Shown: positions 12,641 to 25,890, numbered from the stretch's first letter. The stretch: 64,000 nucleotides of DNA from Lama glama (GCA_028534125.1 CM052816.1:34412001-34476000), one strand, 5' to 3'. Notes: a model not told the origin generated them from the sequence alone. A program made the numbers and translations.

Positions 12641-13881
12641 CAGGGACTTACAATATTGTGCCCAGGGGACAAACCTGCCTGTGCAGAGATGGAGCCACTA
12701 GACAAGAGAATTGGTAGTTTCACTCACTTAAAAAAAATGATGCCTGCAAAGCAAGGTGAAAGAGAGACTCCAGAGGAACATTTGCCTGCTTGGGTCAGGG
12801 ACACTGGGTCCACTCTGGAGCTCCTGAGATGTGCATGTATCACCCGCCATCCGAAGCTGTTGTCCTGCGACTCAGTGGAACAGTCTCAACAGTGAAGGTC
12901 TGCATTCGGCAGCACTGTGGAAGGGGAACATATCGCTCAGAGAAGTGGTGTTAGGAGGTGAAGGGGAAATGCCCAGCCCCTCCTCTGAGGCCCATACACA
13001 AGCACAGGGCAGTGCCGCAGACTTTGCCGAAGGAATCCTAACCAATGGGAGGCAATGCAAAAGACTGAAGTTGTGATTGGTTCTATCCTGAGCTTAAAAC
13101 AATCTGCGGGTAATGGATCTGAAATTTTCTTACTGACGCCAGATAATATAATTAGCCCATCATATTATACTATGAGCCCTTGGAAGGAGGAGGGTACTAA
13201 ATATTTTTTGAACACCACTTTTCTGGCCTGTTTAGAGAAATCTCCAGGATTCTGAGTAAAAGCTTCAACCACCGAAACATGACTCCTTTGAATGTAGACA
13301 GGCTCCTTCTTTTGCTGGCATCTCTACTGCTGAGATCACACTGAAACTTCTCCTAAAGATCACTGCTCTGTTCACTAGGCCATTATCTCTCTGCCAACTT
13401 GAACTCTGTCTACCCGTGGCCACAGTGTCCAGATGCTGGGTTCCATCAGTGTAACCTGAAAACATAAGCATCCCAGCAATTCTTCCTCTGGTTCGTAATG
13501 ATATTTTGGGATACAATCTGCTGTTTAAAACAGCTGTTGTTGATTTACTTGGGACACATGCTGATTTTACGTCAAACAGAATGTCATGCAAACTTCTCCA
13601 AGGAGTCCTAGGGATAAAAAAAAAAAGAAGAGCATAGAAGATAAGAACAGCGTTTATAAACATTTGCCTACATTCAAAATCCCCTGCACAGAATTTTCAG
13701 ACATTCTAGGAAATACTATGCCTATCTACCTGACTTCAGATTTCCTGTTTCATCATCCGTGCTCCTATGCTGATGTGAGCCGAACAGAAAAAGGAAAAAC
13801 AAAATCTATTGACAGTGAAGCACTAGCTGCACTGATGAAGCCTTTGATACATACTGAAATAGTAATGAAAAAATATGACAA

Positions 13882-13948
13882 TTCTTTTCTTTTTCTTTTT
13901 TTTAATTGAAGTATAGTCAGTTTACAATGTGTCAATTTCTGGTGTACA
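13882..13948 (-). mobile_element. Highly 5'-truncated lineage-specific L1 tail
   Basis: T-tail plus aattgaagtatagtcagtttacaatgtgtcaatttctggtgtaca; same terminus as the copy at 39150-39390. Confidence 0.65.
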
Positions 13949-14987
13949 AAGAGTTTTTTATTTTCAAGGAGGGACTTTACCACCCCAAGTTTCCCCTTCT
14001 CTGCTTAACACTCCTTTAGTCCCCTAACTTCAGCAAATTTTCATCATCTTTATGTTTCCAAAATTTAAGCAAGTTTATTTGGTTTAACAAAGACTTCTTT
14101 AAAAAAAAAGACTTCTTTGTTCGTGGGTTTATTGAGGACAAAGAACACATCAGACTGGGATCACTTCAAGGATGTAGAATGGATCTCTTAGCTTCCTATC
14201 AGAAAGCCTGGCAGATGTGGGCACTTAATTAATTCCTATTAAAATAATTAACTAAGTTGAATGAAGAATGTGGTTAATGTTCCAGAAGGAATTGTCTGAG
14301 GGACTTCCCGAGTGGAAGTTTGTCCCTCCTTCACCACTATGCCCTCTCTTGCAGGGGGCTTCCACTCCTGTGGCTCAGCCTGTGATCCCCTCCCTCAACT
14401 TACCATTGGCCGTCAGCAACCTCCCACCTCCCAGCCAAGCTGCCTCTGTGCTCTGCCTCAAGGTGTCACAGGGGTCTGTGTGCGAGGCTATCGGTCTTGC
14501 CTCCTTCAGTGCACTGGAGCCATCCCCGACCCAGCTTACTCTTTTGCCAGCTCACTCTCCTATATTCTCAATTCTGCTTGCTTCAAACCACAGTCCCCAT
14601 GCTTCTGTGTTTCAGGAAGGTGATCAGAAGAACCCAGGTTTTGTTTTGTTTTGTTTTGTAAGTTTCACCAAAAAGCCTATTCCAGAGCACATCCAAGTGA
14701 TCAGTTTCCCTTGGGATCTATGATGCACTGACATATCTAGGACTCCTTAGGGAGGGAAAAAAAAAACAAAAGCTATAAAGAACCAGTCACTAAACAAACA
14801 TTGCTACTCAACATCACTCTGAGAATAAAGAATCACACGATGAAGTCAGCCAATACAGCAGGCACCTTCTGATTCCATAAAGACTAGGTCACCTTATGCT
14901 TCAAAAGTTAAACATAATATAGCAATTCTGAAAGAAATTTAAATGTGGTGAATGAGTAAGATGCCAAAAAAAAATCACTATGTAGCA

Positions 14988-15307
14988 TGCCTTAATCTTT
15001 TCAACCTGCTATAACAAAGTACCACAGGCTGGGTACTTTATAAACACCAGAAATGTATTCTTCACAGTCCTGGAGGCTGGGGAGACCAAGATTGAGGTGC
15101 TGGCGTGGTCGCATTCTGGCTCACAGCCAGCACCTTCTAGTTGTGTCCTCACGTGGGAAGGGTACGGGAGCTCCGCAGGATGTCTTCTGTCAGGGCACTA
15201 AGCCCATTTATGAAGACTCCAGCCTCCACCTCCTAATGCCATCACCTTTGGAGGTTAGAATTTTAACATCGGGATTTGGGGGAAACACAAACATTCAGCC
15301 CATGGCT
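14988..15307 (-). mobile_element. MLT1A/MST-type MaLR LTR
   Basis: ctgctataacaaagtaccacaggctggg..cacagtcctggaggctgggg..gggggaaacacaaacattcagcccatggc. Confidence 0.8.
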
Positions 15308-16775
15308 GAGCATCTATTACAGGCCAGGCTTATTCTAGGTACCACAGATCCAACAGTAAACTTTAAAAGTCCTTGCCTATCAGGAATTTGCGTGTATTTG
15401 GAGGACAGAGAAAAGCAAGTAAAAACAGAAAATAGAAGATGTAACTTCAGAGACCAATAAATGCTCTGAAGAAAATATAATCAGGCTGAAGGCTTGTGGT
15501 AAAACAGCAATGGGGACAAGGACGATTTCAGGTTGGATGGTCAGGGAAAGATTCTTTATAAAAGCTTTCAAAGATCTGGAAGAGACACTTCGCACAGAAG
15601 GAAGAGTAATTGCAAGGATCGCAAGGATCCTGAGGAAGAAACAAGCCTGGCATGTTCCCGGAACCTAAGAACGTTCACGTGACCAGAACAGAATATATAA
15701 TGGGGACAGAAAAAGGAAACTAGACTAGAGAGGTAGGCAGAAGCCAAATTATATGGGACTTGCTGACCATATAAAAAAATTCGGATTTTGTCATAGATAT
15801 GATAGGAACATAGTGGAGAATTTTGAGTAAGAAGTGACAGGATCTGACTTAGGTTTTAAAAATACCATTGAGGCTGCTGTGTGGAAACTGGATCTGGGAC
15901 CATCTCAAGCAGAAGACGACCCACTAGGAGGTTTTTGCACTAGTCCAAATGACGGCTGATGGTGATGCAGTCAGGTAGCCGTCTTGAAACTGAGGAGTAG
16001 TTAGATTTGAGTCATAATTTGAAGAATGGACAGGTTCTAGGATAGGAAGGAAACAAAAGATTAAAAGGTAGCTCCTATAATTTTGACCTGAACAAGTCAG
16101 TAGGTTTATTGTCCATGCTAAATCTGAAAAATGTATTGGACACTGGAGGTTCCAACAAGGCACCTTGTTGTGAGTTCGACGTTCAGAGGAGGGGTTGAGG
16201 CTGGAGACATAAGATACGCACAGTATTTAAAGACAGGAAACTAGGTGGAATCACCTAAGGATGTAGAGAAGACAGGAAACCTGAGACATGAGCCCCACTG
16301 CACCACAAAACAGCAGTTGGAAAGAAGAGGTAGAACCAGCAGAAAAGGCTGAGAAGTAGTTGAGGGCATGGAATGAATATCAGAAAGTCATGATGGTCTA
16401 GAGGCAACAAGAAGTGAAAATTCATGTCAAATGATGCTGAGGGCTCACAAAAGATGAGGGCTCTGGGGTGTCACTGGAGTTGGCAATAGGGAAGCGACTG
16501 GGGACTTTCCCAGGATAGTTTCAAAGGAGTGGTGAGGCTGAAACATAAGGGAATGAGTTAAAAAGAGAGTCAAAGACCAGCGAGTCGAAGCAGAGGAGAG
16601 ACAACTCTCTTGGAGTGTCCTGCCGTCAAGAGGGGCAGTGAGAGCAAGCAGGTGGTGGAGGAGCACATGGGACTTGAGGGCAAGCGTTTCCTCTTTGTAG
16701 TTTGTTTTAAGAGGCAAAGTACTAAGAGTATTTGTATATCTGTGGGAATGATCCAGTAGATGGAAGAAAACTGAG
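15308..16775 (-). mobile_element. Long L2 (L2a-like) fragment
   Basis: gagcatctattacaggccagg..ggatggtcagggaaag..gacaggatctgacttaggttttaaaa..gtcaaatgatgctgaggg..ggagttggcaataggg. Confidence 0.8.
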
Positions 16776-16781
16776 TTTAGA

Positions 16782-17138
16782 TGCTATGGACTGAATGTTT
16801 GTGTCTCTCAAAAAGTCATATGTTGAAGCCCTAGTCCCCAGGGTGGTGGTGTTTGGAGGTGAACTCCTTGGGTGGGGTGATTACATTATGAGGGTAGAGC
16901 CCTCATGAAAGGGATTAATGCCCTTATAAGAAGACATGTGAGAGAAATGATCCACTACGTGAGATACAGCAAGAAGGCACCCACCTGTAAACCAGGAGGA
17001 GGGCTGTCACCAGGAACTGAATCTGCCAGCACTGTGATCTTGGACTTCCAGCGTCCAGAATGTGAGAAACAAATTTCTGTTGTTTAAGCCATGCCGTCTG
17101 TGGTATTTTTGTTGTAACCACCGGAACTGACTAAGACA
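16782..17138 (+). mobile_element. MLT1A0-like MaLR solo LTR
   Basis: tgctatggactgaatgtttgtgtc..gagccctcatgaaagggattaatgcccttataag..aactgactaagaca, with full TG...CA ends. Confidence 0.9.
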
Positions 17139-17299
17139 GTGCAGGACGGAACATGAAGAATTGCTGGAGTTTAATTAAAAGAGGAGAAGCTTCGATTCCT
17201 AAATGAATAGAGGAGTTGGCTTTCATAGGACAAATTTTTCTAATCTAAGTGCTTTTTATTTTCAGAATAAATATACTAATTGCTTCCATTCTTTTCTCC

Positions 17300-17490
17300 T
17301 TTAACAAAAGCAACCCTGTGGGCTACATATGAAAAATAGGTATTATTTATTTCACCTTTCACCAGGAAATGGAGACAATAAGGCTAAGCAACTTGTCTGA
17401 CGTCAAACAGCTAATATCAGTAGCAGAGCAGGACTCATACTCTGAGCTTCTGAGGCCCCATCCCTGGTTCTTCCTGCTTCTCCACACAGC
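17300..17490 (-). mobile_element. MIR
   Basis: aaccctgtggg..tattatttatttcacctttcacc..aggctaagcaacttgtctgacgtcaaacagcta. Confidence 0.6.
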
Positions 17491-20400
17491 ACGTGTGTCA
17501 GTGGCACACAATGGAAATGCCACTCTCAGGGGCCTGATTCAAAGCTACCGGGTTAGTACCTTGTGGAAATTGAGTAAGGCAAACTTTCAACGAATTCACT
17601 CAAAACGAATGTTTCCAACTTTGATCTGCACCTGTCTTTTCCCCAGTCTAGCCCAGAGACTCCGAGCTGACAGATGGTCGTTACGACTTATCAAGGGAGC
17701 GCTCCCATCCCTTCCCTCCTGCCAGCCTTTCCAGATGCATTTCTTCTCAAATGGCAGTCTTATCAAAGTTATGGTTTATTCTGCTAGCCAATAGCCAAGG
17801 GATGGACCAGAAACTTATTAGACAGCAGAGGGAAGATGGTCTGAAATTATCAATTTGCTGGGCCTAATGCTCAAATGCATAATTCACAGTGGACAGTCCT
17901 GAGCTGGGCACAGTCCTGTAATGGTCAGATCGAGCCAACATCTATAGCACCTAAATCTGGGCATTTTGCAGTTCTTCTCCCTTTAATATAAATTAAGAAG
18001 TTGGAAGCTTTCTCTCTTAAACAGATTTTCCTTTTCCCTTTTTTCATCTCTACCACCTAACTTGCCCTTTAAAAATATGCCCAGATTCTTCCAAAGATAA
18101 AACCAGAATGAGAGATAAAGGGGATATGAATTTGAAAGGTGGTCTTTGCTGTTCGCCACATCTGCGTCAAATTCCGCAGCTGGCACTGAAACCTCGAGAT
18201 TACTGGGATGACTAAAGTGTCACACAGCTCCCAGTCTCAAATGTGCTTGTGAAAATGTTCAGGGATTTGACCACACGTTTTCAACATCAAGAATGAGAGG
18301 TGTGAGAGCTCCCAGACATCAGCTAAGCTCATCTGCCAGGTCTGGATTTTTCCCTTCTGGATGAGACTCTAGCAGATGCTTTAGCTAGTCTTGTTTTAAA
18401 TATCTGAAATGATGGCACCCCCTCCCCTTCCTACTGAAAGGCTATTTCACAGTCCAGTGGATCTTATCACCAGACTGTGTTTTCCAGAAAGTTGCCTGAA
18501 ATTCATCTTTTGTTAATCTCTTAACATAACTCACATTTATTCACTTTGGCAACTCACCTGTGAGCAGCCTCGCTCCCTCGATGACAATTAAGTAAGGAAA
18601 TGTACAAATGAGAACTCATCAGCCAATCACTTCCCTCTGCTCCTTTTTCCTGCTGGATAAATCCAGCATGTGGAGAGGCTTTGGGCAGTGAACAAAACCC
18701 AGTGGTGTTCTGTGGCTTTTACTCTGTCTCTTCAATTATCACCTCATCACTCTCTGCCACTGCATGGAATGTTGCCATCTACCAGGCTTGGCAGGGGACT
18801 CAGTCATCAACACAATGCCAGTCTTCACACTGATTCCCTCCCTGGCCCTGACCCTGCAAGGATTCTTAACAAGATCCACTGTCACCGCCTTCAGGGTGAG
18901 ATGGGGATGGTCAGCGGGAGGTGCACAAGGCAGAGGTGACCGAGATGGAGGAACTCCTTGTCTCCCTCAACTGGCCCCACATTTCCACTGCCACAGAGTC
19001 TTGTCCAACTTCATGCAGGCTCCTCTGGGCTCAAACTCACTGATGCTTTTCTTTCAGTCTCGTCACTACATTTGGCCACTTTGCTCTGGCTTCCAAATTC
19101 TCTCTGAACCAACTTCTCTTTTCTCTCCGAACTCTCATTCGGACCCCCTCCCCGAAATACATGAATTACTCTCATCTTCTGCTCCTTTGCTAAAGGTGAT
19201 CCTGTGGGCTATATAAGACAGGTGGCATTTCTTTCAACTTTTCACGTTCTGGGAGACTGAGATAACATAGTCAAATGACTTATCTCAAGTGAAGCAGCTG
19301 TTGTCAGAGCAGGATTCTTACCCCGGCCTCTGAGGCCCCACCCATGGCTCTTCCTGCTTTTCAACACAGCACATGTGTCAGAGACTCACCATGGGAACAA
19401 GCTTTGCCCTCGACTCCCTTGTTTTTCTAGAAGGTACTTCATACCTAAATATATTTGTTTTAATCCCATAAAGAATCAACCTTCTGACTTTCCTTTTTGT
19501 AAGAATTGTGTATTTTGGATGTTGTTTTAAAAAATGATTAAAAACAAGGGAATAATTTCTCACAAAGTTAATTTTTTTCTTTTTGCATTTATGCTAAATG
19601 TGTTTCACTATCTAGAAATGTTTAAGTACATTACATGATGACTGAAAAGTAATTTAATAGAATTTACATTTGAATCCAAGAAAATTCCATTTGGCTAAGG
19701 ATTTATAAAGACAATTTTTATTTTGTTCAGTTCTTGCTTGAACTAAACACCTACCCAGCCACAATCAAACAAAAAGCTGCTTTTGTCTTCCTGAGCTGAT
19801 GTCACTTGAGTTGTTCTGCTTTAGAATCCAGAGGACTAGCTTGAAAAAAAACAAAAACAAAATGAAACAAGCAGTAACTGGAAAGAAAACACGATCAGGA
19901 GGATGTGACTAACATACCTGCACGCTGCTCACTAAATCGCTTTGACTTTCCACACAACATGAACTATGGTCTACTTCCGTTTCCACACTGCATTTTGAGA
20001 GTTTTTGCTTCACTACTCTGGTTTAATTTCTAAAAAAAACACAGGGTTTCACAGTTATGGCCAACTGCTTCTCCCAGGCAAATTAAATTAAGCCCCTGGC
20101 ATGCAACTCAAAGTTTGTTTCGCCTAATTGAGCAGCTAATGGGTAGAGATGAATTTGAGGTACAGATAAAAATATTGTTTTCAAAGCGCCTTTCTGATTA
20201 GCATGCTCTGAAATGGGCAAAGAAAAATATTTATGCAGCCATTTTTATAAGCATGTTCAAATCCATTCGTTAAGCTTCAGGGAAGATTTTAAAGGGCTCT
20301 GCCCTGTCTTTACATGAAGTGATCTGCTCTTTGCTAAAAGAGGACTAAAACCTTCACGAAGACTTTCTGACGTTCTGCTGTATCAATGCCCAGCCACCTT

Positions 20401-21376
20401 TCATAATACTAGCTGTGTCTTCACTCGAGGACCGTTATGTGCCTCCATTCCAATGAAACCCCATCTTTTCATCTAATAAATGGCCTCATCTCATCAATGG
20501 CCCTAGTGCCACTAACGCAACTCTTAGTGGGACAGAGGAGCACAGAAGCACATCGTTGGGGAGATTCTCTGAAACATTAATGTTCTGGAACTTGTTGCAT
20601 TAGTTTCCTATCATTTTGCTGTGTTTACTTTTGAAGCATTGACTGTCAGGACAGATGGCCATTTCCCCCGATGAAATCTCCTTCTTCAATATTGTGTCTT
20701 TTTTCAGTAAGCGTTCGTTAACAACAAATCCAGTGTATGTATTATTTTCTACATCTTACAATTATAAAAGAAATGCAAAAAACACCATGCTAATAGAATT
20801 CACATGCCATTTTAAAGTCAGTTAAACAAACCATTAGAGACAGCTATTTTAAATGACAGCTATCATTGCAACAGATTTGCTTCAAATTCCATTTATCAGT
20901 GCTGTACAAATACAATCTTCTGAGGGTCTTATGTTTGCCTGTTTATTTACTTTACTTTTGGTTTTCACTTACAGTAAAAGAACAGAGGAAATACTATGGG
21001 GTAGAGAGTAGGATCCAAAAGGCACATGGATTATGTCCCAGAAGCTACATTCCCTGAAAACTGACATCAGGTTGTCGTGGGGCTAATTCTCTAGCAAACG
21101 CATGACTCGATGGCCCTCCATGTATGCACCTCATCTGGTCTGTAGGTGAACTTGTCACATCACGTTTATAAGGAACAATAAACCTTATTGTTGCCAGTAC
21201 TTCCTGGACTATCAGTGAGCTCCTACTAGAAATATTGTGTCCAAGTAATCCGTTTTCCATACCTGTGTCCAGAACCAATTGTCGGAGATGACAAAGTGAC
21301 CACCTTAGTAGAGTCTGGCCCCTCTTTTGCTGAGCTAGGCGCATAGCATCTAGTGGAGACTTTCAAGTTTCAGAAC

Positions 21377-21801
21377 TGTTATGAAATTCAGTTGAATTGT
21401 ATCCCCTACCCACCCCCCAAATTCATATATTGAAGTCCTGACCCCTAGTGAGACCATATTTGGAGACAGGGTCTTTATAGAGGTAATCAAGTTAAACTGC
21501 GGACACAGTGTGGGCCCTAATCCAGTATGGCTGGTGTCCTTATAAAAGGGGAAACTTGAAAACAGACACATACAGGGTGAGGGTGATGTAAAGACATGGG
21601 GAGAAGACAGCCATCTATGTGTCAAGGAGAAAAGCCTGGAACAGATCCTTCCTTCACAGCCCTCAGAAGGAACCAGTCTTCAAGATGCCAACATCCTGTT
21701 TTTGAAATTCTGGCCTCCAGAACTGTGAGACAACATATTTCTGTTGCTGAAGACACCCAGTTTGTGGCACTTTGTTACAGGAGCCCAAGTAAACCAATAC
21801 A
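21377..21801 (+). mobile_element. MLT1B/C-like MaLR solo LTR
   Basis: aaattcatatattgaagtcctgacccc..tttggagacagggtcttt..ttctggcctccagaactgtgagacaa..taaaccaataca. Confidence 0.85.
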
Positions 21802-23004
21802 GATAACCATGTAATCGTCCGTTTCCCATGCTCACTGAGCTGATGATAGAGACTGACCTAAAAAGGCATCCACATCTACCAGTGGAAATCCCTGACTCTG
21901 CCTATGGAGCAATCTTTACAAAAGAAATTCTAATGTTTTTGTGCTGCTCACCAGTCTTCCTCGATTAAATTCATTCTTATTCCTGGCTTGAGTAAGAAAA
22001 TTTCACTTTTGTTTGCCCTAGTAAGGTGCAGAACTTTTCTCCCTACAAACTAACAGTAGCCTAGCACTTCACTTCCCTCCACATTGAGATCAAGATTTCA
22101 ATTACATTCTTTTCTCGGTGCAAAGGAAACAGATGCTAATTACACATCATTTTATTGTCCACTTACTACATCCAAATGCATAGCAAATATAAGCTTCCTT
22201 TTGTATGACACATGTACATCCATGAGCCATATGCACACACACATGCACACACACTTATCAGTCTACTTTCCCCCTTTCCACAAAGTCTAGCTATGTACTG
22301 GGAAGTGGCCCATTGTGGAGGTCATAGCTGGAGTCTCACCTGGAATAGGAGGGACTAGAGGACAGAACTTAACACATATTTACCACCTACTTTGTATATG
22401 AAGTTAAGACATATGTCATCTTAATTAGTACTTACAATGATGCTGTGAGGTATGTACTATTACTTTCACAGTTTAAACAAAATGAACTCAGACTGGTAAT
22501 GGTCACTTCCATTTGCGTGTCCCGGCTGAGACAGATACCTTTCTTTTTCCCTAGGCTTTCATTGCAGTTCCGCCCATGCACATATATATCCAAGCTATAT
22601 CTGTGGATATATATCCACATCAACCAGAGGAAACTTCTAAAAGTTCCAGTAAAAGAAGCACTGTTCAGGCCTCATAACCACAGCAGAGTTTCCTCCTTGC
22701 AAGTTTCCATGCAAGGCTATTAATTGGGGCCAGAAGCACCTGGAGGCGTGAGCTTTCTTCTCTCTACCTGTCAAGACTCAGTTCACACGCCACCCATCTC
22801 ACAGGCCCAGGGAGGGTTTAATGAAGCCGATTTGGATCAGTGAAGATTGGTGTTTAGGCTGTTCTCCAAGACCTCTAGAATGGCCGGGAAACATGCCCAT
22901 TTTTGGCAAGGAGTCCAGGGCTTATTGTGGTTTTATTTTTGAATAAACCTCTCTAACATTTTTTTTTTAGTTGCCTGTTCTATTGAAAGCTCTTTCAATT
23001 GTTC

Positions 23005-24010
23005 AAATCAATCAACCAGAATTTATTGAGCACCTATTCTGTGCCAGACAGAGCAGGAGTATAAAAAGATCACTAAGACACTGCTCCGGAAACTTGAGGA
23101 ACTAGGAGGATGCGATAAACCCACAAATAACGCCAAGAGGCGAAGACAAGAACTATAAAGGTGTGCAGATATTCAGACAAAGGAGGCATCACTTCTGGTT
23201 AGAAAAAGGACACAATGGGAAAGGAGTAGCATTTGAGAGAGATCTTTAGGAATTCATTCACTGAGTCAGAAATATTTAGTTATAAACTACCATGTGCCAG
23301 GCATGTGCTAAGAACAGGAAGTACAAGAGGGACATACTCCCCATGTCCAAAGTATCTGCGTTCTAGTGCTTTATTAGGCAACGAGCAAGTAGACAAATTA
23401 ATAGTCATAGCTTGTTGGGCTACTAAGTACTGAATGAGCAGAATGCACTTGATAGTATTCACCAGGGCAGGTGGTGGGGTAAGGTAGCTACTTTGGCAAA
23501 GTGGGCAGGGAAGGTCTTGCTACAGAGGTGATTTTTAGTGGAGATCTAAGGCAAACCCGCCATTTGAAAAGCAGGGGTTGGAATGAGCAAGATTCTGTGA
23601 GCATTAAGTGAAAAGTTCCTAAAAATGAAAAAGAATTGGGGATTATCAAGAACTCAAAATGTCACTACGGCCAGAAAACGGGAGCCACGGGCAGGCCAGC
23701 TGGAGAAGAGGGGCTTCGGGTCTCAAGGCATTGGTCACAGGACGGAATCTTTTCTCCTAATCATACTACAGGGCCTTTGATGAGTTTTAAGCTGGGCACT
23801 GGCATGCAGCCAATCTGCACTTTGAAAAGGGACATCAGAGTACCTTGTGGAAAATGGGCTGGAGCTGGGAGGTGAATTAAGAGACTATGTAGCCCTGGTC
23901 CATCTGTGACAATGTGTGTTACACAAGGGTGAAGCTGGGAGATAAAACAGGTATATAAACTTGAGATAAATTTTGTAAAAGAAACAACAAGAATATACTA
24001 GATTGAGGTG
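23005..24010 (-). mobile_element. L2 fragments (two adjacent)
   Basis: atttattgagcacctattctgtgccagac and attcattcactgagtc..catgtgccaggcatgtgctaag termini with L2 bodies. Confidence 0.7.
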
Positions 24011-24571
24011 GGAACAGGGCACTTGAGTAGACAAAACAACATAACCAAAGGTTCAGGGGAGAAAAGTGGTGGGTCTACCTGAGCTTCCTCGAGACTAGAG
24101 CAGCATAACTCTGCCTTGCAGCAGCGCCCTGGTCACGGGAGAGCGCTACCCCCACTCCTTACCTGCAGCTTTACTCCCCACCCCACCTCCACCCCCACAC
24201 ATGGTCCATTATAATGAAAAAGGAAAGGTTGCTGGAGTTCACAGACACGTAAGCAAACACAGAGGCCAACATTCCCCAAAATGTAGTCTGGTTAGTGCGT
24301 GTTACACCAGATGCTTCTTGAAAAAAAAGTGGTGGGAGGGGCTTTATGGTTAATGTGTTTAGAAAATGACTTTCATATCTCCTTCCTGGGAAACTACAAA
24401 GCACACTGGCATGCTAAAGACTTTGAGCTTTGAGATTTTTTTTTTAACACAGAGAAATCTATTTACTTTTGTTAACCATTAACCCATTGTTTTCCCCAAA
24501 CTAACAGGACTTTGTGTCCCTTGTTTCATAGAACAGCCCCAGGGATCCTGTGGACCCACTGACCTGGCCCA

Positions 24572-24755
24572 CGGGACCAGCTGCATAATTTGCAAGGCCT
24601 TGTGCGAAACGGAAATCCTGGGCCCCTTATTCAAACATCAGGAAGAATTTCAAATCAGTGACAGTAGAGCACCAACCCAAGTGCAGGGCCATTCTAAGCA
24701 TGGGGTTCTGAGGGACGGCACAGGTCTGTCCAGTACAACCATGAAGCCAGCCTTG
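24572..24755 (-). mobile_element. MER45A-like hAT-Tip100 DNA transposon
   Basis: cgggaccagctgcataatttgcaaggcc..ggccccttattcaaa..catgaagccagccttg matches the recalled reverse MER45A consensus. Confidence 0.7.
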
Positions 24756-25660
24756 AAGCCTTGTTATCTTCAAGTCACAGAGAAGAAAACAAACCCAGAA
24801 AAGTGAAGCAGCTGCCCCATGATCTCATCTTAGGTCAGTGGTGGCACCAGATCTACCCCAGGCCTTGGGATCATTTACAGTACACCAGAGCGGCTTCTAC
24901 GAGGTGAACCACACACTTCGGGAGATGGATCTTACTGCTACATTTATAATGTCACTCCTCAGCCAGGCGCAACAGTGCCATCCCTGGTCTTGACCCCACT
25001 TCCACAGGTTCTAACCACCTAAAGGGACCAACTCTGGTGCAGCTTGCCTCGAATTTCCTACTCCAGCCAATTTCACTGCTCTTTCCAGTCATCACTCTGG
25101 TTTATTGCAACTGATCACAGAACCTAATTGCTACCCTAACAGCAGTGTGGGAACAAAATATGGCTTTAAGAAATACTGTGAACTGCCTGACTAGCGAGGA
25201 ATAAGAAAGCAAGGTTAGGAGAGCAAAGGAGAAGAGCATGATTATCTGACTTTTGCTGTGTGTGTGAGAAAAATGAAATATTTACTATCCAGATTCCTTA
25301 AAACATATAACCCAATGTTTTGTACATAGTAGGTGCCCAAAAAGGAAAGTACCCTTTCTCCTTTAAAGGTAAGGAAGCTGAAGAAGTCTATGTGAAAACA
25401 GAATGAACAAATTATAAGGAAAATTCCAGTGCCCTGTAAGACTATAAAGAGGGTGATGCCTAATTCTCCAAGAATGAAAACAAGGAGAACTTCAAAGGAA
25501 GGGGTATGGACGAGCTCTGGAATAGACTGCCCTAAAATAGACATATTACAGGGACAGATACGAGAGGATGCACGTGGATAGAGCATACAGCCTTAAAAGG
25601 AATAAAGAGGCTTAGAGGGAAGAAATGGAGAGTGCAGAGGATTTCTTCTGTTTTTCCTGC

Positions 25661-25890
25661 TGTATTAGTCAGCATTCTCCAAAGAAACAGAACCAGTAGA
25701 ACATTTATATATGGAGGGGAATAGAGAGAGAGAGTGAGAGACAAACAGAAAGAGAGAGAATAATGGCTCATGTTATTATGAAGGCTGACAAGTCTCAAGA
25801 TCTACAAGGTAAGTTGGCAAACTAAAGAACCAGGAAAACTAATGATGTAAATTCTAATCCAAAGGCCACCAGGCTCAAGACCCAGGAAGA
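25661..25890 (-). mobile_element. MLT2-family LTR fragment
   Basis: tgtattagtcagcattctccaaagaaacagaaccagtag..(GA)n..tggctcatgttattatgaaggctgacaagtctcaagatct. Confidence 0.8.

Noticed and set aside
15612..15629. 9-bp tandem duplication GCAAGGATC x2
   Set aside because: Ordinary slippage inside an L2 relic.
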